Part shown: positions 13,124-27,782 of the stretch, piece by piece
Numbering within the stretch: position 1 is the first letter of the stretch
Layout: each line of letters begins with the position of its first letter
From: Octopus vulgaris
Taxonomy: Eukaryota
NCBI GenBank assembly: GCA_951406725.2
Contig: OX597831.1
Span: forward strand, 83,142,001 to 83,206,000
Reading direction: 5' to 3'
Length of the DNA stretch: 64,000 bases
The notes under the pieces: generated by a model
Database searches by the model: none
The model's input: the letters and a program-made list of their open reading frames with translations, nothing else
What the model was told of the DNA's origin: nothing
Program-made: the position numbers and the translations under genes

Positions 13124-13575
13124 CACACACACAAATACATGTATACATTTATCAAATACACATAGGAAATATAAGGAGAAGATAAGAGAAACTGAATCAT
13201 TTTATTTACTCTGTCTTTGAACAAATTCATTTAATTCCTGTGAAAATACAGGTTTAGTGTGTTTTATTTGAAAAATTCTAAATGCCAATATTTCTGTTGT
13301 TATTCCTCAAAAACCTATTCAACAACAACATGGCTGCTGATTGATGCTGCCATCCTTGAATGCACGGAACAATCAAGTGAGAATGGAGAGGCTATTTTTA
13401 AGACGATCATCATTCATGTATTTCTTTCTCTTCAGCCGCAACAAGACTGTTACAAGTTAATTTGATAATCAGAGCAAATAAAGAAAGTCTTTTGTAATCC
13501 CTTGGATATAAGTTGCATCTTCAGAAACACATACATGCATGTGCATACTTGCAAATACATGCACAAACATAAATA

Positions 13576-13612
<37 letters not shown>

Positions 13613-14334
13613 AAACATATACATAAAAATGCATGTGTATGCATGTATGCATCATCTGTAAATGGAATAAGAACTGTATTGGAACAAGAAGTGTGTTTAT
13701 CAACATTGCAAGAAAATGTTGAAGAAATCAATAAATCAGTTTGGTTCTTTGTCAGTAATGGAGATTCTCAAATTCCACAGACAACCTCACAGGTCTGTAA
13801 TGAATACATACACACATTAAACAAGCAGATTTATTTCTTTTAAATATACATGTATGTATGTATGCATGTATGTATGCATGTGTGTGTGTGTGTGTGTGCA
13901 TGCGTGTATGTATGTACGTGTACACCCACACAAGTCTATTATTATATATATATATAATGTAGTTTGGAAGTGATTCACACAGCAGTGAATATTTCATAGA
14001 TTTTCTTTTTAGTCCATTCCAAAGACATGTCGGTGCCAGTGCCAACAAATCCCTTGTCTAAATACTTTGTTGAATTTCCAGGCCCACCCAGGCCCATCCA
14101 GGCCCGTAAATGCCGTGAGTTCCTGGCAGACTCTTTTGAGTGCTACAATGAACCATTTCACTCTGCAGTACCTACATGCAGATAGGTGAACGGGGTCTTC
14201 AGAAGTTGTGCGCTTTGAGTGGGATCTGAACCTAGAGACCCAATCATAGGACAAGATTCAACCATCCACGGTCTCATTGTCTGGATCCTATTAAATCAAT
14301 TAATAAAGATTCTTTTCACAATCCAGAAATAATT

Positions 14335-14545
14335 GTTTCCAATTAGGGATCAGGGCCTGCAATTTTAAGGGGAAGGGGCTGGTTGATAGCAATACTTCCA
14401 GCACTTGACTGGTCCTTGATTTTATCAATCCTGAAAAGACAAAAAGCAAATCTGACCTTGGCAAGATTTAATATCACAACAGAAATGGTGAGAACAAACA
14501 CTGCAAGACATTTCTTTCAACACTCCAATGATTCTGCCGTTGAAG
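14335..14545 (-). mobile_element. Degenerate (ATT)n-tailed tRNA-derived SINE
   Basis: Similar to the copies at 27783, 31845 and 56385-57300. Confidence 0.55.
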
Positions 14546-14959
14546 CAATTCTTTTTCCAGTTAGATGCCATACCTACCAGAAATTACACATAACGATGAG
14601 GAGGAGGAGGAGGTTGATGGTGAAGGCAGTACTCTTATTCATGATAAAGATGATGATGATGATGCAACTAAGAATGATGCTGATGATGGTGATGTCAGAA
14701 GTTTTATATTGATTAAAGAAATGGCTCATAAAGATTCTAAAATCATTGATTGAAGAGAGTATATCAATAGAGTAAGTGTCAAATTAATTTATCTAAGGTG
14801 GAAATATCACATTAACCTTTTGAACACTGACCTCCTCATAAGAACTGAATACACACATGCATACACACACATACACACACATGCACACACACAACAACAA
14901 CAACAACAGCATTTTCCTCATTTCAAGTAAATATATATATAAGATGTGTATGTGTATGT

Positions 14960-15735
14960 GTTGGCTGATGAGGCCTTCAAAGAGTGAAACAGGTAAAGTA
15001 AGGAGACATATTCTTGATACAATCAACTCTGATATCAGAAAAGATACAGAGGTGATTCAACGGGACTTCAGCACCAGAGTAAAGGACTGGTTCCACAGCA
15101 TTGAGAATAAAGCAGCTCACAGGTTCACCCAGTTTGGTAGTGTGGATTTCTACCCTTCAGTATGGAAATCCCTCCTTCTGAGAGTTTTTGATTCTGATAG
15201 ACAATTCACCAATGTCGGCAACTGCAATATCAGAATCATCACGAATGTCAGAAGGTAAATCTTTGTTCACAATGATTACAACTGCATGAAGAAGGAAGGT
15301 GTGAGCTTCTCTGACATACCCATGGGGAGCTATGATGAAGTTGAGATTGCTGACCTCACCAGGTTACTTATCCTGGATACCCTAACGAAGTGCACACACA
15401 GCCATAGCTTGGCTTTGTATAGGGAAGATGGCCAGGCAATCTCAAGCTATATGAACAGACACACCATGGTCAAGTTCAAGAAGGGCTTGATAAAGATCTT
15501 CTAAGAATTTTACCTGTTGATAACAGTCACTCCTAATTTGACAAAAGGTGGATTCCTCAACATAACCCAAAACCTGAAGACTGGCAATCACTACTCCTGC
15601 ATGAAACCCAACAAGGAAACTGTGTATATCCACAGAAACTCTAACCACTCCCAAGTTATTATTAGAAATCTAGTCACAGGCATACATAAAAGAATTTCTA
15701 AGCTCTTAGTGGACAGAGAGATCTTCAACAGCCTA
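14960..15735 (+). mobile_element. Penelope-like element reverse transcriptase fragment
   Basis: PSKSETGKV..HILDTIN, QFGSVDFYPSV, DIPMGSYD..E, LYREDG (YRDD-type), FLNIT and SNH..II motifs across ORFs 14857-15258, 15286-15504 and 15517-15765. Confidence 0.85.
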
Positions 15736-16399
15736 CCTCTCACCACACACACACACACATTATAACAAGGAGAGGACACCCCACTCCCAAATCTGAAGAG
15801 AACCAGAAAAAGAACAATAATTATCTACACAGCCTACAATACACACCACTACATGCACCTTCTGAAATCCTACCAAATGCTTGCTGGAAGGATCCTGGTT
15901 TTCAAGGACCGTGGTCTATAGAGTCACCCCACCCCCACCATGACAACCAATAACTTGAAAGGAGTTATTCAAAGCATATTCACTCTTTCTTGGAGCAGGG
16001 ATATGGAACATCCCACCTGTATGTTCCACTTTATCTGGAGCCTCACCAACTATTGGAACAACTTTCTCAGCATCGAACAGAGTTTTATTGACAGCCTCCG
16101 GCCACATCCATCCACACATGCAACTCACAATTGCCAACTGCCTCCACAGGAGATTGCACAGATTCCATCAATATGCCGTATCAACCAACAGCAAGAATGA
16201 ATCATCTTCGTGTTGGCACCTGATAAACCAGATCCACAACCTTGGATAGGCTTTGCCTGCTCCATACTCAAGAACCTCGACCACTTGTTTACACTTCAAG
16301 TCCTATCCATGTCAATGGTCCATCCTAGTACAATCCTTCACCATCAAATCTGGTTATTCCCAAAGAAAGGCTGTTGCCACTGAACAAAAGTATTAGTCC

Positions 16400-16600
16400 T
16401 ACATTGGTATTGACTTCGTGTAACGATACTCTTCATACTATGGAAGCAGCTATAAGATAATTTCACAGAAAGCCTATTAAATATTTTCCTGTATCGGTGA
16501 GTTGCTGGAAAGTGTTTGTCTACAAGTGACCCCCCCCACACACACACATTTTCTATATGCTGTATTCTCAGTTTTTTCCTGTTTCTTCTCTTATTCAATT
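16400..16600 (-). mobile_element. Penelope-like element linker fragment (post-RT), opposite orientation to the RT fragment
   Basis: LVDKHFPATHRYRKIFNRLSVKLSYSC..MKSIV, characteristic of this PLE group between RT and GIY-YIG. Confidence 0.8.
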
Positions 16601-16628
16601 TTCCTTTAGTTCATTGTGATATATGGTT

Positions 16629-16674
16629 GGTGCCTGAAGAATATTTCTCAACATATGAATCTATTAGTAGCACT
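16629..16674 (+). ncRNA. Degenerate minimal type I hammerhead ribozyme (PLE pLTR type)
   Basis: Stem I GGTGC/GCACT, core CTGAAGA, stem II ATAT-TTCTCAAC-ATAT, GAAT (canonical GAAA), short stem III CTATTAG, cleavage triplet GTA. Confidence 0.65.
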
Positions 16675-16701
16675 TAAAGACATGTATTGTGTCCTTTAAA
16701 C

Positions 16702-17241
<540 letters not shown>

Positions 17242-18710
17242 CATCAGAACTATATGTTTTCATCTAAAGACAAGCTGGTTTACTGTAAAAGGAAAGATCA
17301 ATAAGAAAAAATATCAAGATATCTCTAGCTTAAGGCAAAGGAGAAACAGCTTCATAGTTACTTGATCTGCTAGAAATAGCAATCGAATTTCCTTCAAGTC
17401 ATACCATACTATCACACTGAAGATTACATCTGATAAAGTACACCTAGATACACTGTGTCCAATAAAAGTTGGATGGTCATGGTTGGAACTTTGTGATCAT
17501 ACATGGAGTTTGAACTCACGGTTATACGACAACGATCAAGTAAAATAACAGAAAGTACCTGGAATGGTTTATCCAGATTATTCAAAATTTTAAAAGCCAT
17601 TCTTTTACACTAAACAGATCAGCCAGAAAAGTGTGGCATTAAACTAGACATTATCATCATCATCATCGTTTAACGTCCGTTCTCCATGCTAGCATGGGTT
17701 GGACGGTAGCATTGTTAACATGTAAAACATACAGGGAATGAGATTATGTGATGTTCATGCTAACAAGTGAATTATCTTTAACTAATTATTGAGACTTAAT
17801 TATGATTCAAGTTAATTGCAAGTTGACGAATGTCGTCAACAATGTTCACCTCTCCACTTGATATTAGTAATCATGATGTGTGTGTGTGTGTGTGTGTTGA
17901 TTTTAACAATATCGTACAATAACAAAACAATACCAGACATGAAATTACATAGAATAAAAAACAAAAAGAACAAACAGGAAATGGATGTGATAATATTATT
18001 TTCATATTATTTTCATATTATTTTCATATTATTACTAAACTATCAAAGAAGAGGCAAAAGTCGACACAATCAAATTGATGGTGAAAATAATACTTTCTCA
18101 GAGTCAAGAAACTCATTGCAAAGAAAGAACAGAACTGCTATAGAAAATAGAAACAATGTAATGTGTCTTTGACAAGAACAAAACATAATTATTTACACGT
18201 GGAAACGATTCTTAGGTAGAAGTGGCATTATTCCTCTGGTGAAAATCTTGGAATATTCTAAAGAAAAAAAAAGAATTATTTCTTGAAGAAATTTGTATAC
18301 TAATTTTTTCAATGACAGTCAGAGAATCAAAACAATAATGAATGAAGTTTATGAATCTGTAGATGAATTTATAGGTCAAAGTGTGGTCTGTGATGTGGCA
18401 AATGGGTTAAAAGACAAGTTTGGTCAGAAACAGGATTCCAGTTTAATAAACTGGTAAAGACAGTCTGTGATTTTGGCTTGTTATTATTTGTAAAAACAGC
18501 TTTCAGAAAGGTACTAATTTTGCATAATGGTAATAATATACTTAGAAAATAAGAACTTAGAAAAGCAATTCACAAACAACTCTAATGTAGAAAATAAATA
18601 TAGAAAAATAGAAGTTGAAAAATCTTGGCATTTTTTATTAAATGTACATATGAGTGTGTGTTATTGTACACATTTATTAAGTATATATATATATATTATA
18701 TATATACATA

Positions 18711-18873
18711 GGCGCAGGAGTGGCTGTGTGGTAAGTAGCTTACTAACCAACCACATGGTTCTAGGTTCAGTCCCACTGCGTGGCATCTTGGGCAGGTATC
18801 TTCTGCTATAGCCCCGGGCCGACCAATGCCTTGTGAGTGGATTTGGTAGACGGAAACTGAAAGAAGCCTGTCA

Positions 18874-18928
<55 letters not shown>

Positions 18929-19132
18929 TTGTGTGTCTGTGTTTGTCCCCCTAGCATTGCTTGACAACCGATGCTTGTGTGTTTACGTCCCCGTCACTTA
19001 GCGGTTCGGCAAAAGAGACCAATAGGATAAGTACTGGGCTTATAAGTCCCGGGGTCGATTTGCTCAACTAAAGGCGGTGCTCCAGCATGGCCACAGTCAA
19101 ATGACTGAAACAAGTAAAAGAGTAAAAGAGTA
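18711..19132 (+). mobile_element. tRNA-derived SINE with internal (TA)(TG) tract and GTAAAAGA tail
   Basis: A-box TGGCTGTGTGG, B-box-like GGTTCAGTCCC, tail AAACAAGTAAAAGAGTAAAAGAGT; four copies in the window. Confidence 0.9.
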
Positions 19133-19188
19133 ATAGATAGACGGCCAGGTGGACGGATGGATAGACAGACAGACAGACAGATAGATAT

Positions 19189-19313
19189 ATCAAAATAAGC
19201 AACATGACATCAAGTAGTAATGCTGTACAACCGTTTCAAGAGGCTCCATTAAGTGGAACCCCTTGAAACAGTTGTACTGAATTACAACTTGATATCCTGT
19301 TGCTTATTTTGAT
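19189..19313. repeat. 125-bp palindrome (60-bp arms) with GAAAC-AGTT-GTA beside the centre
   Basis: Arms ATCAAAATAAGCAAC...GGCTCCA / TGGAACC...GTTGCTTATTTTGAT, roughly 8 mismatches, loop TTAAG. Confidence 0.9.
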
Positions 19314-19427
19314 TATATTTACCTTACTTTGTTTGAGCTGTGCAGATAATACCAGGCTGACTTGGTGCTTCAACTTAAGCACCTAATTCAACCGAATCTC
19401 AGTTATATATATGTGTGTATATTATAT

Positions 19428-20201
19428 ACATGGAAGAGGTAGACCCAGGAAGACCTGGGATGAAGTGGTGAAGCACAGCCTTTGAACTTTAGGCCTCACC
19501 GAGGAAATGACTAGTGACCGAGAATTTTGGAAATATGCTGTGCTTGAGAAGACCCAACAAGCCAAATGGGACCGTATCTCGTGGCCTATGCCAGGGGCAT
19601 AACCAGCCCACTTATATGTTCCTTTCCTTCTTTGGACACTAAACTCTGCTTGTGAAGACCTGTTGAGGCAAGTGAAATCGAAATCAAATTTGATGACTGG
19701 CATCCATGCTAGCAGGGTGCAAAGAGCACAATATGAACGTGATCGTTGACAGAGCGGCTGACCAGCTTCCGTGCCAGTGGCACATAAAAGGCACCATTCA
19801 AGTGTGATCGTTACCAGCATTGCCTTACTGGTACTTGTGCCCCATGCTAGTAGGGTGCCAAGAGCACTATCAGAGCATGATCGTTGCCAGAGCGGTATGT
19901 AAAAAGCACCATTAGAGCATGATCGTTACCAGCGTTGCCATACTGGAACTTGTGCCGGTGGCACGTGTAAAGACATTTGAGCAAGGTCGTTGCCAGTACC
20001 ACCTGACTGGCCCCCATGCTGGTGGCACATAAAAGCACCCACTACACTCTCGGAGTGGTTGGCGTTAGGAAGGGCATCCAGCCGTAGAAACTCTGCCAGA
20101 TCAAGACTGGAGCCTGGTGCAGCCATCAGGTTCGCCAGCCCTCAGTCAAAATCATCCAACCCATGCTAGCATGGAAAGCGGACGTTAAACAACGATGATG
20201 A

Positions 20202-20204
<3 letters not shown>
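19428..20204 (+). mobile_element. RTE LINE 3' end: last codons, 3'UTR with internal repeats, (GAT)n tail
   Basis: RGRPRKTWDEVVK..LGLTEEMTSDREFWKYAVLEK; ends GACGTTAAAC..GATGATGAT. Confidence 0.88.
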
Positions 20205-20240
<36 letters not shown>

Positions 20241-20748
20241 CACACACACACACATATATATGTATTATATAAATACACATAGACACACACACATATATAT
20301 ATATATATTTATACATACATACATACACAACTTGTAAGCAACAAATAGAAAAATAGCTGGAGAAGGAACACTGACCATCTGTGGAATGCCTTCAAATTAC
20401 ATAACTTCTGTTTGGTGTTTCCTTTGAAACATGCATAATACATAATTCCCAACTCCATTTGCTTCATGGACAGATTTATAATTGCATAATTAGCAACTTT
20501 TGTTGCAATACACTGGAGTTGTATAGTGGTGGTGGTCATCTCATCGGAATTTCTATCTAATATGATATGGAACAAAGTGTGTTGCATACATTGATTAATA
20601 AACTTTATTGGTTGAGTATCATCCAACTTGTGTTGTCTGCACAAGCCATGTCTATGCTTCAGGCTAACCAACTATCTCTACCACAATAATTTTGGATTGC
20701 ACCACTATTATCATAACTGTTTTATATTTATATATATATATATATATG

Positions 20749-21112
20749 GTGGAGGTGCAATGGCCCAGTGGTTAGGGCAGTGAACTCACGGTTGTAGGAT
20801 CATGGTTTCGATTCCCAGACTGGGCGCTGTGAATGTTTATTGAGCGAAAACACCTAAAGCCCTACAAGGCTCTGGCAGGGGGTAGTGGTACTCTTTCACC
20901 ACAACTTTCTCTCGCTCTTTCTTCCTGTTTCTGTTGTACCTGTATTTCAAAGGGCCAGCCTTGTCACACTCTGTGTCATGCTGAATCTCCCCAAGAACTA
21001 CATTAAGGGTACATGTGTCTGTGGAGTGCTCAGCCACTTGCATGTTAATTTCCTAAGCAGGCTGTGTTCCACTGATCAGATCAAGTGGAACCCTTGTCAT
21101 AACCGATAGAGT
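20749..21112 (+). mobile_element. OR-like tRNA-derived SINE
   Basis: A-box TGGCCCAGTGG, B-box GTTTCGATTCC, core CCACAACTTTCTCTC. Confidence 0.85.
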
Positions 21113-21119
21113 GCCACAA

Positions 21120-21285
21120 CAACCACTGCTGATTGGTTGGTGTTAGGAAGGGCATCAACTGTAAAAATCCCACCAAAACAGTCACAGAAGTCTTGTGCAA
21201 GCTTCAGCCTGGCTGGCTCTTGTAAAACCATCCTACCCGCGCTAGCATGGAACACGGACATTAAATGATGATGATGATGATGATG
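21120..21285 (+). mobile_element. RTE-3'UTR-derived (GAT)n-tailed element, short copy
   Basis: GGTTGGTGTTAGGAAGGGCATC...GCTAGCATGGAACACGGACATTAAATGATGATG. Confidence 0.8.
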
Positions 21286-21879
21286 AGAAGGAGGAGGATA
21301 TAAACACACACACACATATATATATACACATATATATATATACATACATACACACATATATACATCTGTACATCATTAATAGTTATCAATACATTTTTCA
21401 AACAAGTTTAACCTCAACTTTCTATATTTCTGTCCATAAATATTACATTTATTTGCCACAAACAAAATTTTTCCTTTTCACATTCAATATTCATGATAAA
21501 TTAATTCACATATTTCAAACTCCAATTTCCCTGAAAAGCAGTTCAATTTTTTATGCAAACAAAATTTACTTTTATCATCATTACTGATACATAAATGTTT
21601 GTGTGTGTGTGTGTGAGTGCAAAACACACACACACACACATAGAAAAACATCACTCCATATAAATATATATATATATATATATATATCTCCATTTCCAAG
21701 TATATATATATATATATATAATATAATATAATATAATATAATATAATATAATATAATATAAACGGACGCTAAACATCGTTTAAACGGACGCTAAACGATG
21801 ATGAATATAACTTAATATAATAAGGATAGTAGAAGCAGATGAATGACTTGTGATAGCAGCAAAAGCTGTATTCTAAAAT

Positions 21880-22050
21880 GCAATGAGCAATGAATTTAGT
21901 ATTCCAGTTGGCGTCCAGCAAGATTCCATTTTCAGCCCCACCTTTTTATTAAACTAGTTTTCATATCTGATGACCTAATTGTTGTAGCTTTGACCTACTT
22001 GCTCTATCTGATGACCCAATTCCTACATCGAATGACCTAGTTCTTACAGG
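21880..22050 (+). mobile_element. Decayed RTE RT remnant
   Basis: SNEFSIPVGVQQDSIFSP resembles SNEFSVQVGVHQGSVLSP near 41630. Confidence 0.5.
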
Positions 22051-22584
22051 GGGAAATTAGGGAACCTATTATTATTTCTATATTAACTTTTCCTCGTGTT
22101 AAGATGATCTGCATGAAGCAGCAGACAGGACTCCCTCAAATCACACCTTACCAACAGACGCACATAGACGTTTGTGTGTGTGTGTGTGCGTGTGTGAGTG
22201 GTATATTCAACAAAAAGGGGACAATAAACTAATGACAGGAAGCAAAAAAAATCTAACATTTTGGATAGAATCTTTCTTCGGGGAAAAGTTGATGAGAGTG
22301 AAATAAATTTCCTGAAGAATGATTTTGTGTGAAATGTTTGCTTTTTCCGCTGCCCACAGCAAAGGCCCTTCTAGTATTTTGGTCAATTTTACTAACTACT
22401 ACCCCTCATGCCAACACGTGCTAGCCACACTGTCTTTGGATTTTGTTCTATCAAACACATATTATATTTACACACACACATACAGACATACATATATATA
22501 TATATGTATCACCACACACACACACAATATGTATGTATACATAAAAGTACTTACACATACATATATATATATATATATGTATAT

Positions 22585-22616
<32 letters not shown>

Positions 22617-23219
22617 TAGGTAGATAGATACTTATACATATATATATATACAAATACACAAATGTATGTATATATATACACACACAAACAAAGATATACA
22701 CACACACAGACACACTCATACATATGGCAAACAGCTTCCCCCCTTTCAACCAGGTTTCATTAAATATACAACTGTGCTCAACTTTCAGTTTTATATTTTA
22801 GATTTTTTTAAATTTTCTATTTCCTTTTTTTACAGATAGTTTTGAAGATAGAGTTCCTAAATTTATATTCAATATTCCCAGACCTTTGAATTCAACAAGT
22901 ATATAGAACAAACAACACAAACACAAAAATATATTCAGTTCTTAAAAATGAAATTGTGAATGTCTGGAAACACCGAATATCAATTTAGGAACTTCATTGT
23001 TCCAAAACTAATATGAAAAAGATCTGAAATAAAATACATAAAACTTAAACCCAGTGATGTCTTCCATGACATATATACATGTGCGTGTATGTATATATGT
23101 ATATAGGTATATATATATGTATGTATACACACACACACATCTGTATGTGTAGATGTATAGATTCTGTTATTTCTAGTATTGTTACACATTTAGCTCTGCG
23201 CTATATTCTATGAAGCTCA

Positions 23220-24120
23220 ATATGAAGACATGAAGCAGTCCAATGATATAAGCAATCATGCACCGGTCAGATGTGGCAATATAAAGAGCAAGGTTGGGTG
23301 CAGCTGAGGAGAGTAGGAGGAGAGGAGAAAAGGCAGTGGTGAGAGGGTGCCTGAGCATACTGCAAAGGTACGAAAAGGTGAAGACAAGGGGGAGGGACTA
23401 TAGAGAGTGGATCAGAAAGGAGGGTAAGGGTGAGTAATTTCATCAGTGGGAAGAGTGAGAGAGAGAGAGAGAGAGAGAGCAGGTTAGGAATGGGGGGAGA
23501 GAGGTGAATGTGGTGAGTGATGAACATGAGTGGAGTTGAGGTTGATGGTGGACATTAGTGTGGATGGGAGGGGAAATAAAAGAGAGAGACATGGCTCGGG
23601 GAAGGAGGAGAAGGTGACAAGCAGTAGTAGTAGTAGTAGAGGGAGTGTGGAGCAGCAGCAGCAGCAGCAGCAGTATCTTCAATCTGTTGATAGTTCAGAA
23701 AGTAGGGAGAGGATATAGAGAGTGTGAGAGCAATGAAGGTCAGGGACACATGAGGGGGGTGGGGGCTATGGTGAGTGGGGGGGGAGGCATTGATAGCATA
23801 TTTGAGAAGGTGTTAAGGACAATATTGGATAGGAGAGGTATTGAAGAAGAAGAGGTATAAGATGCAGGGAGGGAGAGAGAAAGAGAGAGAACTGCAGACA
23901 CAGAAAGGGGGTGGTTGGTGGGAATGAGAATGGGAGATGGAGTTGAAAAGGAAGGAATTAGAGGGGGAGGAGGAGGAGGTAACTGATTGGGTGAGACCTG
24001 TGCTGATTCTTCTCTCAAATAATTACAGCAGAGGGTAGTGCCATAGTTAGGACAGTGATGGAGGGATGCATGTTAGGAAGATGAGATATGGAGCAAAGTT
24101 GATGTTGACAGATTGAGCAC
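23220..24120 (-). mobile_element. Possible highly decayed Penelope/Poseidon-type remnant (purine-skewed tract)
   Basis: Strong strand skew; only faint GIY-YIG-like (LYC..C..YI.G) and PYS..RL.R.C-like traces across frameshifts. Confidence 0.25.
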
Positions 24121-24169
24121 TGAACCTTATCAGGGACAGATTTAAGCATAATATTTGAAACCCATCCCT

Positions 24170-24400
24170 TTTGTTACAATATGTCTTCCCAAGCAATCAT
24201 TTCAGTCATCTTTGTCATCTCCTCCATAAAGTTCAACATTTTAAGATCATCCCTCATCACTTCATCCCACTTTTTCCTGCATCCCCCTCTTCCACACATT
24301 CCACCTACTTCTTGTGAGTCCATAGCAACCACTGGGTCCATTGTATGCAATTCTGGACTGGATGCCTTTCCAAATACCAACCACTTTACAGTGTTGCAAG
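24170..24400 (-). mobile_element. RTE 3' end remnant
   Basis: GRGGCRKKWDEVMRDDLKMLNFMEEMT plus a GGATGCCTTTCC..CCAACCAC block. Confidence 0.7.
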
Positions 24401-27244
24401 ATGGAAATCCACTTCCAGTGAGTGGGGCTAAAGAGGAGGAGATTTTATGCAAGGTGATGAGGGATTAAAATGAGAGAAGGGTCCAGAACAGGAATTTTGC
24501 TGTAGGGGAGCCACTTGGCCACTCATGTTATTGAATAGAGGGTGGGAATAACTGGGGTGGAACTAGAAAGAGATAAAAATAGTGATGAGGTGTCAGGGTG
24601 TACCCTTATGAAATGGGGGTGAGTAGAAGTGAGTGGAGACAGGAAAAGGAAGTGTGAGTGGGTAGAAGTTGTATGGAGAGGGAAGGGGTGGGAAGGTGAA
24701 TCTAAGGAAGAACAATTGGTGAGAGATGCTAAGTAAGGAAGGTGGAGAAATGGGTAGAATTGGTGTGGGGGTGCCTCTGTGTGTGTGTGTCATTATGTAC
24801 TAGTTTATCTTTTGATTAGAGGAAAGTTACAAAAGTGACTGACAGATTAAAATAATAAAAACATAATAAAAACTCCTAAGTTCTAATTTTTGTGTTTGTC
24901 CAACCAGACTGTATTATTGTAGAAAGGAAAGGCAGACAAACAGACAGATTACTGCATTTTTATTTGGATTTTTTTCCACAATAAAAATAAATCATCAAGT
25001 AAATTTAAAAGTGACTTCATTCTAAATTAAAATTCCAAACAGCTCAAAACTTATACGTTTTGCTTTGTCTTGATAAATATGTCCTTCTTTTCAATGGTTT
25101 CGGGTTTAAACACAGCAGCAAATTCAATTAGAATCCTTGTTTTAAAATGTTTTTTAAATGACATGAATAGAGAATCAAGTAGTTAGGAGATATATAAATG
25201 TCACGAAATACAGAGAAGTGTGTGTGTAATATATTCACTTAGGAGAAACAGCAGACAGGAGTGTTCATCTGCCTCTTCAAATTGGTTTAATTGTTGTTCA
25301 GCCTTTCATAAATTTATATTTACAACAGAATATAATGAGCTCTAAATAAATGTGGTCCTCCTCTCAACAGATTTAGGCTACATTCAAATCAGAGCATTAT
25401 CATTATCATCATTGTTTTAGTGATGATGATGTGTAAGCCTTAATTCTATCTGCCATGTTATCTAATGGTACAAAAGAATATGATTGCTAGTGAAAGTAGT
25501 AGGAGCACTGTATTATGAACAAGTGCTTTGTTGATAGTTAACACTCCTGAATACTCCACTACATATATGTGTCATGTAAACTTTACCTAAAATTATCAAG
25601 ATGCTTAGAAAGACAAACCCTTCCTTGTTATCCTCCCATGGGCTGTTCTTTTCACTACTTTTCATGGCCTCTGCTTCACTGAATGTGCAAACTCTAACTT
25701 CCTCCACCTTAACCTGGTTGTTGCATCCTTTTTACTGTTATATCTTCACTGTCACACATCCTGTCTTCTTGTGTCACATACTCTATCACATCTTGACACT
25801 TACAATAGCCAGTCTTTTAGTTTCAAAAGACAAATATTTTCTACTTCTTTCATCGCCTCACAAAGGCCATTGTCGTTCTTCTTGCCATTGTCAAAATCAA
25901 TCATCTCTGCTCATAAACACCATTGATTTTCTCTTCAAAGGGAGAAGTGCAATGCCTATGACACTTTCTAAGGTCCCTTAAACTGGTAAAAGTAGAAACT
26001 ATCCTCAGACCAGCAAACTGCCATGGTTTCTGCTAAAGGATCCTACGATCAGAGTGTTGTCTTGTGGAGCTACACAGGACAACACATTAAGCTTATGATC
26101 CAAGAACAAGAACAGAGACACAATTGGGCTTCCACACAGTTTCCATTCATTAAATTTCACTCACAAAACTTTCTTCAACACAACGTCTGCAGCCCCATTG
26201 CCTATGAATCAGCCAGGAATTGAACCTGTTTGTCAGCTCAGAAAACACTGGTCATTTAATCTATCTGCTTTGGCCAAGAGCACAACATAATGTCTGGTCA
26301 GGTCATCGTCAGATTTGAACTCATAACAAACAATAGATTTTACCTTGGTTGATAGTAAAACAGGAATAATGTTGTCGCGAGTAACATTATTATTATCCCC
26401 AAAAAAACAATACCTTTTAAAAGTCAATGACTTCAAAAATTCAAAACGATCGCACAAACAACCTTTCACCTTCGGACTGGAAATATTTGGTTGCAGCATT
26501 CAGGTCAAGAATTTAGTTCACCATTTAATTCTATGTTTTAAGGAACTAAGTAGTTTTGGTAAAGGATAAATGTTCCAAATGATGTGAGAGAGAGAGAAAG
26601 TATGTGTGAGACACAGATATAGATTTAAGAAGCAGGAATAAGTTACTCGTTTACAGTTTTCTCCTACACACGCAATATGTGTGTGTGTGTGTGTGGAGGG
26701 GTATAAACATGTACATGTGTCTGTATGCATAAATATATTGCTGGGCACATCCTTGCAAGCATCTATATGTACACAGCATATTATTCTTATCATACACACA
26801 CACACACATGCACAAATGTACATTAATACATGCTTACATGTTTGAGTGTGTGTGTGTGTGACTATATTATATACAATACACACACATGCACCTCAGCAGT
26901 TATGTATCAGTGTGTGTGTGTGTGTGTGTGTGCGTGCACACAAATAAATGTGAAAACAACAAAAGCTAAAAAGAAAAAAAAACACCAAACCCCGAACATT
27001 GTGAGCAATTTTAAAGTGTTGCTAGTGTTTGGCTGATTATGAAAGCGAAATCAATAAACAGTTTTGTGTTGATAATATTAAGGTTCAGAGTCTGTCAACG
27101 GGTTACTAATGCACGGCTGTTGGTAATTTCCTCCTCTGAGGTGATGATTCATGTCAGCACGATTCTAATAGAGTTGCAATCAAAAGAGACCATTCCGAAA
27201 ATAACTTGCAGAATATTTTGTGTGTGTGCATGTGTGTGTGTGTG

Positions 27245-27307
<63 letters not shown>

Positions 27308-27491
27308 TATTAAGAGGGAATAAATGATGAAAATATTGTATATTTTGATAAATTATATGGGAACTAACAAGGTAGGAGAATTATATAAAGTATGGTCTTT
27401 GAACTTAATGAAACAAAAATATATGTTTTAATAAATGAGTCAAATAACTGATAAATATACATCTATCTGTCTATACACACACACACAAACA

Positions 27492-27561
<70 letters not shown>

Positions 27562-27723
27562 TACAAGAGTGGTGGGGTGTACTATATTTGTAAACACATT
27601 TTGTACAAAACTGAAGTTGTAACTAGAAAGAGTTCAATGAAAAGAAAGTAAAAATGGGTTCTTTCTTGTGTTTCACTGTTTATATCTGAACATTTCAAGT
27701 TGTTTAGAATACACACACACATC

Positions 27724-27767
<44 letters not shown>

Positions 27768-27782
27768 TAATAATAATAATAA

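Noticed and set aside
13240-13800. Possible minus-strand terminal exon (PVRLSVEFENLHY*) or plus-strand exon
   Set aside because: Weak acceptor, no recognisable protein and no partner exons
14551-14777. Acidic ORF between TTTTCCAG and GTAAGT
   Set aside because: Mostly GAG/GAT repeats, stops before the donor, and the acceptor abuts a SINE remnant
14964-14992. CTGATGA...GAAAC hammerhead-like string
   Set aside because: Stem II does not pair, and it lies in PLE coding sequence (LMRPSKSETG)
19372-19410. Helitron 3' end
   Set aside because: The hairpin is not followed by CTRR at the expected distance; better explained as part of the palindromic element
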